From Bdellovibrionales bacterium (GTDB lineage: Bacteria; Bdellovibrionota; UBA1018; CAIMNF01), in assembly GCA_040380025.1 (NCBI GenBank), contig JBEIJY010000003.1, positions 51,130 through 115,129 on the forward strand: DNA of 64,000 nucleotides, in the 5' to 3' direction. Numbering within the stretch: position 1 is the first letter of the stretch; each line of letters begins with the position of its first letter. Position numbers and translations under genes: made by a program. A model generated the notes under the pieces. That model saw nothing but the letters and a program-made list of their open reading frames with translations. It was not told where the DNA came from and ran no database searches. Below are positions 17,921-25,455 of the stretch, piece after piece.

Positions 17921-18550
17921 ATGAAGTTGCTGAGAGCCATCGTCCTGATTCTGCCTTTTTTTTGGGTGCCATCCTCTCGAGCATTCGAGGCGGGGATTTT
18001 AGGGGGAGTCAATTCCTTCGGGCCGGATTTGAAAGCCGGTCCGGCGTCCCCGGGGTTCACGTTCACGGCAGTACCCAGAACCGCATCGGGATTCGGGGCT
18101 TTTGTGAAGTTCCCCCTGGTTTCTGTGTTTGATCTTGAGTTGGATTTCATTCGTGCGGACAAAAAGATCGTGCAGACCGCAAGTTCGAGCTCTTTTTCGA
18201 ACGTCACGACGATCGAGATGTCCTCTTGGATGGTTCCGCTCCTGCTTCGAGTGAATGTGGTTCCCGGGGGCTTTTTAAGCCTTGCCGCCGGTGGGTACTA
18301 CGAGTGGGCGTCGGGTCGGGAGTACAAGGTCAACGGGGTCAGCACCGATTACGCCGGTTCCGGGTTCAATCACCGTGACATCGGGGTGTTGGGATCCCTC
18401 CGGCTTCGTTTTCCGGTCTTTTTCGGAGCCCATGCGATTCTGGATGGCCGCTATTTGATGGGGCTTCAGGAACAAGCAACGGACACGACCCAGTTCACGA
18501 TGAAGAGCCGGCACTTGCAGGCTTTTTTCGGGGTTTCGTTCGGTTCCTGA
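17921..18550 (+). CDS. Outer-membrane beta-barrel protein (OmpA/OmpW-like small barrel)
   Basis: Signal peptide MKLLRAIVLILPFFWVPSSRA. Alternating hydrophobic strands and a C-terminal aromatic (FGVSFGS). Confidence 0.6.
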   Translation: MKLLRAIVLILPFFWVPSSRAFEAGILGGVNSFGPDLKAGPASPGFTFTAVPRTASGFGAFVKFPLVSVFDLELDFIRADKKIVQTASSSSFSNVTTIEMSSWMVPLLLRVNVVPGGFLSLAAGGYYEWASGREYKVNGVSTDYAGSGFNHRDIGVLGSLRLRFPVFFGAHAILDGRYLMGLQEQATDTTQFTMKSRHLQAFFGVSFGS

Positions 18551-19010
18551 GAACGTCGCCGCAATCGGCACAAATCCCGGTGAACTCCACGAAGTGACGG
18601 ACTTCGCGGAACCCCATGTTCTTCACGGTCTCAAGGAGCTTCATCCAGTCCTTCCCGCCGCAGGCTTCGAGGACGGCCATCTTTCCGCATTTGCGGCAGA
18701 GCAAATGATGGTGATGGGTCTCGGCCGAGTCGAGTTCGAAGCGAACGGTTCCGTCGGCAAGGGGGGTTCGGACGACGATTTGGTTTTCTTCAAAAAAAAG
18801 AAGGGTCCGATAAACCGTGACCCGGTCGATGCGGCCGGTCTTCGAAGCCAGTTCGACAATCTGATCGACGGTGAGCGGCGAGTCCGCATCGCGGAGAATC
18901 TTCGTGATGCGCTCACGGCCCGGGGTCCATTTTCCGCCCCGTTTTTTCACCGCCTCACGAATGGCGCTGATCTTGGTGGGTTCTTCAGACTTGCACATCC
19001 GGGACTTCAT
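18495..19010 (-). CDS. fur: Fur-family metal-responsive transcriptional regulator (Fur/Zur/PerR)
   Basis: HHHHLLCRKCG and C-terminal CADCG metal-site motifs with a winged-helix N-terminus. Co-directional with, and downstream of, the paralog array and the GH-like gene. Confidence 0.75.
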   Translation of the reverse strand: MKSRMCKSEEPTKISAIREAVKKRGGKWTPGRERITKILRDADSPLTVDQIVELASKTGRIDRVTVYRTLLFFEENQIVVRTPLADGTVRFELDSAETHHHHLLCRKCGKMAVLEACGGKDWMKLLETVKNMGFREVRHFVEFTGICADCGDVLRNRTKPRKKPASAGSSS

Positions 19011-19011
19011 A

Positions 19012-20103
19012 TCACGGGCTGGGCAAATCGTCGATGAAGCGGGCAAGAAGCAGGGTCTCGAGCGCCACGATGTGGGTCACGGGCGTGAACTGCCCGGGGC
19101 TTTCGGGGTTCACCCAGCGCAGCGGGTACCAGCCGCATTTGTTCTTGGGTGATCGGATCACCAGCTCTGCTTGCCGGTCGACGAACGAGCGAAGCTCCTC
19201 GAGGCGCGGGTCGTTCTGTTCGGCGAAGGCGCGCACCAAAGGATAGAGCGACTTCATGAAGATTCCCTTGAAGGTCACGCCGTCGACGCCGCAGGGTTTT
19301 TTCCCGCCCTCGGACTCGCAGTGCCGCTCGGCGAACGCTCCGCGGTCGTTGAGGTAATAGTTGCGCGAGGCCTGGAAGAGCGACCAGGCGCGGTCGAGGT
19401 TTCCGAGCCGGGTGAAGACCTCGATGTAGAGTCCCTGGTTGTATGTCCAGTAGTCGCCGATTGCATTGCACTTCGCATCGAGTCCATCGTCGATGAGCCC
19501 CTCGGGGTTCCGGACGATGGCGGAGTTTTCGATCCAATGGACGATCTTGAGCGCGCGTTCGCGGTACACCGGATCGCCCGTCAGTTCGAAGAGCCGAAGG
19601 TTCAGGACGGCATAAATGCCGTTTGTGACGGAATTCTGGTACTTGTTCTCGGGCTTCCAAACGAGACTTCCGCCGCAGGTCGAAACCCAGGCGCGCTCGT
19701 GAATGTGTTTATAGAGCGCAAGGGAGCGCTTCAGGTATTTCTTTTTGGTCCGGCCCGAGGCCTCATAGGCATGAAGCCAGGTGAGCGCCCACCAGCCCTC
19801 GTCATCGAAGATGCCGTTCACGTAGTTCAAGATCGGCCGGAAGCTCAAAAAAAAGTAAGTCTGATCAAGACTCCCGATCAGCTCCCGGTCGAACCGCAAA
19901 AGGCCGTCGATGTTGTGTGATTGGGTCCACCAAGTCGAGCGAGGCCAATCCCGAAGCAAAAACCGTCGCGATTCCTGATGGGTCTTACCGGCCTCTTCGA
20001 TCGCGGCATCAAGCTCTGCTCTTTCGATCCCTCGTGCGGGGGGAGCTCCCGCAATGCTCATGAAGACTGCGACAAGAAGGGTCGAAAGAGTGAGACGGTT
20101 CAT
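19012..20103 (-). CDS. Secreted six-hairpin (alpha/alpha)6 glycoside-hydrolase-like protein (GH76-like)
   Basis: Signal peptide and W-rich motifs (DDEGWWALTW, NSVTNGIY) reminiscent of GH76-type hydrolases. Family assignment is uncertain. Confidence 0.45.
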   Translation of the reverse strand: MNRLTLSTLLVAVFMSIAGAPPARGIERAELDAAIEEAGKTHQESRRFLLRDWPRSTWWTQSHNIDGLLRFDRELIGSLDQTYFFLSFRPILNYVNGIFDDEGWWALTWLHAYEASGRTKKKYLKRSLALYKHIHERAWVSTCGGSLVWKPENKYQNSVTNGIYAVLNLRLFELTGDPVYRERALKIVHWIENSAIVRNPEGLIDDGLDAKCNAIGDYWTYNQGLYIEVFTRLGNLDRAWSLFQASRNYYLNDRGAFAERHCESEGGKKPCGVDGVTFKGIFMKSLYPLVRAFAEQNDPRLEELRSFVDRQAELVIRSPKNKCGWYPLRWVNPESPGQFTPVTHIVALETLLLARFIDDLPSP

Positions 20104-20137
20104 CCAGTAGCTCCCGGTTCCACGATCGAAATTTCGT

Positions 20138-20689
20138 TCAATACTTCGGTCCTAGGTCGAGCGGCCGGGTTTCCTGCCGGAGCTCTTCGAGCTCCCGCTT
20201 GCGAAGATCCTGTTCCTGCGGGCTCGCCTCGATGGCGGCTTGCGCGCGTTCCGTGATCTCGGCGGTGATCTCCGCACGGCGTACCTCGCACTCGTGCAGG
20301 GACCGGAACTCCCGGTTCTGATCGTAGGTGTAGTTCGGAATCGCGAACTCCGCAACCGGCTTCGGAAGCGCCCCGACCACCAGGACCGCATATTGCGAGC
20401 CGTAGTTCTGATGGAGCGCAGGTCCGAGATCGACCTTGATGCGTTCCACTCGGTCTTCCTCGCGACGGGCGCGATCGCACCGGATCGCCGCATGCGCTTG
20501 CTCGCACACATTCTTCAGGTCTGACAGGTTCGATTCGGTTTTCGAGATGCGGATCAGAACATACGATCCGCCGGTCTTCAGGTACAGGCGGTCGAACCAG
20601 CCCTCGCGGAACTCGCAGGCTCCTTGCGCCTGTGCGGCCGAAGCCGAAATGAAAAGTGCTGCCAACAATGCCGATCCGTACTTGCTCAT
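20138..20689 (-). CDS. Small secreted four-cysteine paralog A (type-2 subfamily)
   Basis: Signal peptide. Conserved C-x-F, LKNVCEQ...C, ECE and AQxAI motifs. RBS GGAGGAGAGG. Own AT-rich promoter element. Confidence 0.7.
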   Translation of the reverse strand: MSKYGSALLAALFISASAAQAQGACEFREGWFDRLYLKTGGSYVLIRISKTESNLSDLKNVCEQAHAAIRCDRARREEDRVERIKVDLGPALHQNYGSQYAVLVVGALPKPVAEFAIPNYTYDQNREFRSLHECEVRRAEITAEITERAQAAIEASPQEQDLRKRELEELRQETRPLDLGPKY

Positions 20690-20722
20690 GGGTTCCTCTC
20701 CTCCTTCAGAAAAGAAAGGAAC

Positions 20723-20788
20723 ATCTTGCAGAGGCTGAAAACAAGTGTCAATTATAATTTATATAATATTAGAATAAAAACTAATGGG
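20723..20788 (-). promoter_or_regulatory. Conserved AT-rich element plus TTGACA (-35) and N17 then CAAGAT promoter of paralog A
   Basis: 43-nt element tgtcaattataatttatataatattagaataaaaactaatggg is repeated nearly identically at 21877-21920 and 23036-23078. TTGACA sits at its gene-proximal end. Confidence 0.6.
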
Positions 20789-20796
20789 AGTTGCGG

Positions 20797-21252
20797 TCAG
20801 CGCAGACGCGTGCCCCATTTGCGGTCTTCGATTTGTCTTTGTTCTTCGGGACGCAGAGCGATCGCATCTTGGGCCCGTCCCGTGGCACGGATGGAAAACC
20901 ACGAGCGGTGCGTTTCGCACTCCTCGAAGGAATCGAACATGCGATTGAAACCGACCGAAGGCACGGGACCCGCGAATTGGAGGATCCATTCCGGAAGTTC
21001 CCCGACATAAAAGAGCGTGAACTCCGAGCCGGGATTCAAAACGCAATGACTGGCGCGCAGGGTTTCGTCACAGAGGTTCTTCAGGTCGCCGATGTTCTGC
21101 GGGGTTCTCGAAACCCGGATCGGAAGCGTACTGCCGTTCCCCGCGTTCAGGCGGACCGAGTAAAACGGACCCTGCGAAAAAAAACAAGCCTCCTCTGCAT
21201 TCGCAGAAAAGGCTTGCATCAATATCATTGAAACGAAAGCAAAACGAAGCAT
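20797..21252 (-). CDS. Small secreted four-cysteine paralog B (type-2 subfamily)
   Basis: Start at MLRFAF with an AAGGGGGG RBS. Shares the PEWIxQF and EECE motifs with paralog D. Co-transcribed downstream of paralog C. Confidence 0.65.
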   Translation of the reverse strand: MLRFAFVSMILMQAFSANAEEACFFSQGPFYSVRLNAGNGSTLPIRVSRTPQNIGDLKNLCDETLRASHCVLNPGSEFTLFYVGELPEWILQFAGPVPSVGFNRMFDSFEECETHRSWFSIRATGRAQDAIALRPEEQRQIEDRKWGTRLR

Positions 21253-21293
21253 GTTATCCCCCCTTTTCTTCAGATCAAGCGACACCGGAAGAA

Positions 21294-21821
21294 TCAGATT
21301 TTTCCGGGAGTCAGGCGGCGCCCCTGTTCGCGGAGCTGTTGATCGTCGCGAGCATTGGTCGAGCGAGCCTCGATCGCCTTCTGGGCGTTCTCGACCGCTT
21401 GAATGGCAACGTCGGCCCGGTGGCTTTCGCAGGCTTGCACCGAGGCGTAAGACTTACCCGCATAGCTCGGCGCGAATTGCGCGATCCACTGGTTCCGCGG
21501 ATGGAATTCATATTCGAGGGTGGCGAAGTTCTTTCCGAGATCGACATAGGTACTCGGGCCGAGATCGGAATCAATGCGCACGCTCTCGCCGGTGTAGCGG
21601 ACATGCTCGATGCACAGGACCGCCTTGAAGGTCTCATCGCAGACGGTCTTGAGTGTGTTCAGGTTCTCGTCGGTTTGTGCCACGCGAATCCCGACGTACT
21701 GGGAATCGCTCGACTGAATGTAAGAGTGGCCGAAAACCCCCGTCGAAAAATAGCAGTTCGCCTCTGCCGAAGCTCCTGCCATCATCAATGCCACTGCCAA
21801 TCCTGAAACTTGTTTGAACAT
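21294..21821 (-). CDS. Small secreted four-cysteine paralog C (type-1 subfamily)
   Basis: Start at MFKQVSGLAV with a GAGGAGAGG RBS. CYFSTG, CDETFKAVLC and ACESHR motifs. Closest to paralog E. Confidence 0.7.
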   Translation of the reverse strand: MFKQVSGLAVALMMAGASAEANCYFSTGVFGHSYIQSSDSQYVGIRVAQTDENLNTLKTVCDETFKAVLCIEHVRYTGESVRIDSDLGPSTYVDLGKNFATLEYEFHPRNQWIAQFAPSYAGKSYASVQACESHRADVAIQAVENAQKAIEARSTNARDDQQLREQGRRLTPGKI

Positions 21822-21852
21822 GATACCTCTCCTCATTTTTGAAACGACGCAG

Positions 21853-21920
21853 AATGCTTGCACGTCATGACTGGCGCGTCAATTATTATTTATAGTAAAT
21901 AAGAATAAAAACTAATGGCG
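21853..21920 (-). promoter_or_regulatory. Conserved AT-rich element plus TTGACG (-35) promoter of the C-B unit
   Basis: Second copy of the 43-nt AT-rich element, immediately upstream of paralog C. Confidence 0.55.
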
Positions 21921-21960
21921 ATCGGTCGCACGGGCTTGCGCGGGCCTTCGGCGGGGCTTA

Positions 21961-22425
21961 TTACCAGGGGCGCGCTTGATACACCGATTCCCGGATGCGT
22001 TTTTGCTCTTCGGGATTGGCCGCGATGGCGGCATGGGCGCGTTCGGTCGCAAGAATGGCGAATTCGGAGCGCGCGATCTCGCACTCTTTCTGGGAGTTCA
22101 GAAGCTGGTTCCAGCCATAGCCGAAGATCGGGTTGGTATATTGCGCGATCCATTCCGGAACAGCGTGGATGAACAACAGGGTGACTCCTGATTCTTTTGT
22201 GGGAAGGCACTCCGCGGCCTCGAGGCTCGTATTGCACACCTCTCTCAGGATCGAGCGGTTGTTATTGCTTCGGGTGACCTGGATCACGAGGAACTTCCCG
22301 TGTCCCGAGTTCAAATGAAGCGAATCGAATTGTCCGCTCGAAAAAGTGCAGCTGTCTTTGGCGTGGGCGGCCGAGGCGGTCATCGCCAACAAAATCGTAA
22401 GAACGGTTCTAGTCATTGCCAACAT
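21961..22425 (-). CDS. Small secreted four-cysteine paralog D (type-2 subfamily)
   Basis: Signal peptide, PEWIAQY and KECEIAR motifs. GGAGG RBS. Co-transcribed downstream of paralog E. Confidence 0.65.
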   Translation of the reverse strand: MLAMTRTVLTILLAMTASAAHAKDSCTFSSGQFDSLHLNSGHGKFLVIQVTRSNNNRSILREVCNTSLEAAECLPTKESGVTLLFIHAVPEWIAQYTNPIFGYGWNQLLNSQKECEIARSEFAILATERAHAAIAANPEEQKRIRESVYQARPW

Positions 22426-22455
22426 GATTTTCATCCTCCGAAAGATTCCCCGATT

Positions 22456-22980
22456 CTACCATTTGCCCGGAGTATAGAGATCGCGCCGGTCGGGTTGATT
22501 CTCGAGAGGGGACCCGCGCGCGGTGGATTCATTGTAGCGGATCGCCTTTTGTGCGATTTCGACGGTCCCGATCGCGATTCGATCCCGCTGAGCCAAGCAT
22601 GCTTCGTAAGACGCGTATTTCTTGCCGGACCAGTCATTCGGCACGAATTGCTGGATCCACTCGGGCAGATTGCTCACGCCAAGGGTCACTTCCACCAGTC
22701 CGAAGTTGGTGTATTCCTTGATGCCGAATTCCGAGGGATGACTCACGACCTGATCATAAGTACGGGTGGTGCCCTCGCACCGGACGGCCTTGTAGGTCTC
22801 GTTGCAAACGGTTTGCAAAAGGTTCTTGTTTTCGACGGTCGGTGTGATCCGGATCAGATCGTACTGGTCTTCGCTCGCGTGGATGTACTCGCCGAGGTAA
22901 CCCCCGGAGAAGTAACACTGCGCCCCGGCCGAAGAACCTGCCGCCATCATCAATGCGATTGCCGAAAATTTCTTGAACAT
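22456..22980 (-). CDS. Small secreted four-cysteine paralog E (type-1 subfamily)
   Basis: Start at MFKKFSAIAL with a GGAGAGG RBS. CYFSGG, CNETYKAVRC and ACLAQR motifs. Ends ...TPGKW (paralog C ends TPGKI). Confidence 0.7.
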   Translation of the reverse strand: MFKKFSAIALMMAAGSSAGAQCYFSGGYLGEYIHASEDQYDLIRITPTVENKNLLQTVCNETYKAVRCEGTTRTYDQVVSHPSEFGIKEYTNFGLVEVTLGVSNLPEWIQQFVPNDWSGKKYASYEACLAQRDRIAIGTVEIAQKAIRYNESTARGSPLENQPDRRDLYTPGKW

Positions 22981-23012
22981 GAACTGCCTCTCCTCTTCGT
23001 TTCGAAGTCGGC

Positions 23013-23078
23013 GCATCTTCGCACGGGCAAGGTGATGTGTCAATTATTTTTTATATGAAGTTAGAATAAAAACTGATG
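23013..23078 (-). promoter_or_regulatory. Conserved AT-rich element plus TTGACA (-35) and N17 then GAAGAT promoter of the E-D unit
   Basis: Third copy of the 43-nt element. Confidence 0.6.
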
Positions 23079-23089
23079 AGGGGGTCGCA

Positions 23090-23575
23090 TCAGTTCGGAC
23101 GGGTGCGGGCGGCGCGCGCCTGGCGGATCGCCTCGCGCTGGGAGGCCATCACATCGATGATCTCGAGCGCTTCGTAACGAAGGTCGTTCTCGAAAATGAA
23201 GCGGTAGAAGTTCTCGATGTCCGGATGGTGGCGGAAGTTCTTGAGCGATCCGGAGTTGGTGTCGGTTCCCGCAGTCGCGGCCGCCATGGCAAGGCCTGCG
23301 GCCGAGATTCCGGGAGCGGCGGCGCCTTCTTCTTCTTCGTCCTCATCCGAGGACGCGGTGCCGGTCACGAGTTCGGCTTTCAGCTCGATGGTGTCGGATT
23401 TCTTGTCTTTGCCCGCGCCTTTTTTCTCGATCGCGATTTTCACTTTGGGTTCGGGCTTCTTGGTCGACTTGGCCACCGGCTTTGCGGAAGGCTTCGGAGC
23501 GGCCTTGGCGGGTTTCGCGGGAACGGGTTTTTTCGCGTTTGTTTTTTTAGCGGGTTCTTTTTTCGATTTTGCCAT
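23090..23575 (-). CDS. Lysine/Ala/Pro-rich histone-H1-like small protein with acidic linker and conserved C-terminal domain
   Basis: MAKSKKEPAKKTNAKKPVPAKPAKAAPKPSAKPVAK... tail, then an SDEDEEEE run, then NFRHHPDIENFYRFIFENDLRYEALEII. Start trimmed to MAKSKK. Confidence 0.5.
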   Translation of the reverse strand: MAKSKKEPAKKTNAKKPVPAKPAKAAPKPSAKPVAKSTKKPEPKVKIAIEKKGAGKDKKSDTIELKAELVTGTASSDEDEEEEGAAAPGISAAGLAMAAATAGTDTNSGSLKNFRHHPDIENFYRFIFENDLRYEALEIIDVMASQREAIRQARAARTRPN

Positions 23576-23603
23576 GGCACTGCCTCCTGGGTTTCGGGTC
23601 AAT

Positions 23604-24989
23604 TTACAGTTTCGCCTCGGATTTGTCCAAAATTCCGTAGCGGTGAAGTTTGTTGTACAGGGTCTTGATCGTGATCCCGAGCGAATGCGCCGCACGGGTC
23701 TTGTTGCCTTCGAAGTGGCCGAGACAACGCAAAATATGGATTTTTTCGAGTTCCTCGAGGGGCATTTCGACCGGGGGCGGGCCGGTCAGCTCTCTCGACG
23801 CACTCTGGGCCGGACCCCGGATCGATCCAGGCAGATCCGCCGGTTCGATCCGTCCGTCTCCCGAAAGAATCCGGATCCGCTCGATCGCGTTCTGAAGCTC
23901 CCGGATGTTTCCGGGCCAGGGGTGGTTCTTCAGGAGCTCGAGCGCCTCGCTCGAAATCCGGGCGAGCATACCCGAAGAAAAATGCTCGATCAGAAGGGGA
24001 ATGTCGTCTTTCCGGTCGCGCAATGCCGGGGATTTGAGCGTGATGGTGTTCAGACGGTAAAAGAGATCCTCACGGAACCGGCTGTTCTGAATCTCGGTCT
24101 CGAGGTCGCGATTGGTGGCGCTCACCACCCGCACATCGACGCGGATCGGCTCCTTGCCGCCTACGCGATAGAATTCGCCTTCTTGCAAAAATCGCAGGAT
24201 CTTCGACTGGAGGGCGAGGGCCATTTCGCCGATTTCGTCCAAAAACAGGGTTCCGCGATGGGCCTGCTCGACCAGTCCTTTTTTGGTGCCTGTGGCGCCG
24301 GTGAACGAGCCTTTTTCGTGTCCGAACAGCTCGCTTTCGAGCAGGGATTCGGTGATCGCGCCGCAATTGATTGCCACAAAGGGAAGCTCGCTTCTCGGGC
24401 TCTGTGCGTGGATCCGTCGCGCGATCAGCTCTTTGCCGGTTCCGCTCTCGCCCAAAATGAGCACGGATGCCGAGGTCGGAGCCACGCGGTCGATCAGGTT
24501 CAGAATCTTGCCGAGTTTTTCGCTCCGGCCGATCAGGGGAACGGTCTGGGCTGCTGCGCGGGAGGGTTTCCTGGGCTCGCGGACCTTGCCACCCAGGGTG
24601 AGACCGGGAAGCGCGGGAGCAAGAAGGCGTCCGAGTTCGGTTGCCGCAAGCTCAATCAAAATCGTCTCGCCCGTGAGCCATTTGCCTTCCGGACGGTATG
24701 CGAACAGCACTCCGGTGATCCGGTTCTCAAAAATGCAAGGGACGATGAAAATCCGGTTCAGCGGCTCGATCACCGACTGGCGCAGACGCACGGACTGATC
24801 GAGGGTGCGGGGGTCGAACGGGGGGAAGCCCGGGGTCGCCGCGAATTGATCCTTGGGGAGCTCGGTTGCCGCATTTGCCCGTGCGATCGCGAACTTCGCG
24901 AACGAGAGTTCGCGATTCAGGAAGTCCAGGCTTCCGTCGAACTCGTCATTCAGTTTTCGGATCAGGCTCAGCGCCGACAAGGGTTCCAT
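23604..24989 (-). CDS. Sigma-54-dependent transcriptional activator with an N-terminal GAF-like sensor domain
   Basis: AAA+ sigma-54 activation domain (GESGTGKE Walker A, GAFTGA-like ESELFGHEKGSFTGA), C-terminal Fis-type HTH, and no receiver Asp domain. Start trimmed to MEPLSALS. Confidence 0.8.
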   Translation of the reverse strand: MEPLSALSLIRKLNDEFDGSLDFLNRELSFAKFAIARANAATELPKDQFAATPGFPPFDPRTLDQSVRLRQSVIEPLNRIFIVPCIFENRITGVLFAYRPEGKWLTGETILIELAATELGRLLAPALPGLTLGGKVREPRKPSRAAAQTVPLIGRSEKLGKILNLIDRVAPTSASVLILGESGTGKELIARRIHAQSPRSELPFVAINCGAITESLLESELFGHEKGSFTGATGTKKGLVEQAHRGTLFLDEIGEMALALQSKILRFLQEGEFYRVGGKEPIRVDVRVVSATNRDLETEIQNSRFREDLFYRLNTITLKSPALRDRKDDIPLLIEHFSSGMLARISSEALELLKNHPWPGNIRELQNAIERIRILSGDGRIEPADLPGSIRGPAQSASRELTGPPPVEMPLEELEKIHILRCLGHFEGNKTRAAHSLGITIKTLYNKLHRYGILDKSEAKL

Positions 24990-25029
24990 CGCGACGGTGG
25001 ATTCTAGCAGTACTGTGTAAAAATTGCAA

Positions 25030-25455
25030 TTAAAAACTGATATAAAAAGTAAGATTTTCAGTAAGGGGGCGGACCACGGTGTACAGCGCAAGCACTGCCA
25101 GCCCGGCCCAGGCAAGGCCTCGCGCCCGGTTCCACGAGGGAATCGGAAGTCGCCCGGTCGCCGCAAGCGCCGAGACGACGGGCATTCCCGAAAACAAGGG
25201 GAGCGAGAGCAGGTTCTGCCGGAACGCCTCTTGCCACTCTCCGAAAAACAAATGCACAAAGGCATGGGTCATGCCGCAAAACGAGCACTTCATTCCGGTC
25301 CACATGCGCAGGGGGCAAACCGGCGGAAGCGCATCCAGGATCGAAAACGCCTGCTCCCGCCCGAGCAGATGCAGGCTCGCTCCCGAAGCAACAAACAGCA
25401 GCAGCAGGAGTCTCCCGGACCAAACAAGCAGAGAAGACTTCGAAGAAGAACTCAA
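25030..25455 (-). CDS. DUF2752-like small membrane protein
   Basis: CPLRMWTGMKCSFCGMTHAF, i.e. a CPxxxxxGxxCxxCGxT(H/R)A motif, plus TM segments. The 3' end runs into an AT-rich tract. Confidence 0.5.
   Translation of the reverse strand: MSSSSKSSLLVWSGRLLLLLFVASGASLHLLGREQAFSILDALPPVCPLRMWTGMKCSFCGMTHAFVHLFFGEWQEAFRQNLLSLPLFSGMPVVSALAATGRLPIPSWNRARGLAWAGLAVLALYTVVRPLTENLTFYISF

Noticed and set aside
20785-23090. ATG embedded in the conserved AT-rich element (aaaaactaATGg) starting short plus-strand ORFs
   Set aside because: The downstream frames are short or low-complexity and antisense to the paralog genes. The conserved ATGG is better explained as part of the promoter or UP element than as a start codon.
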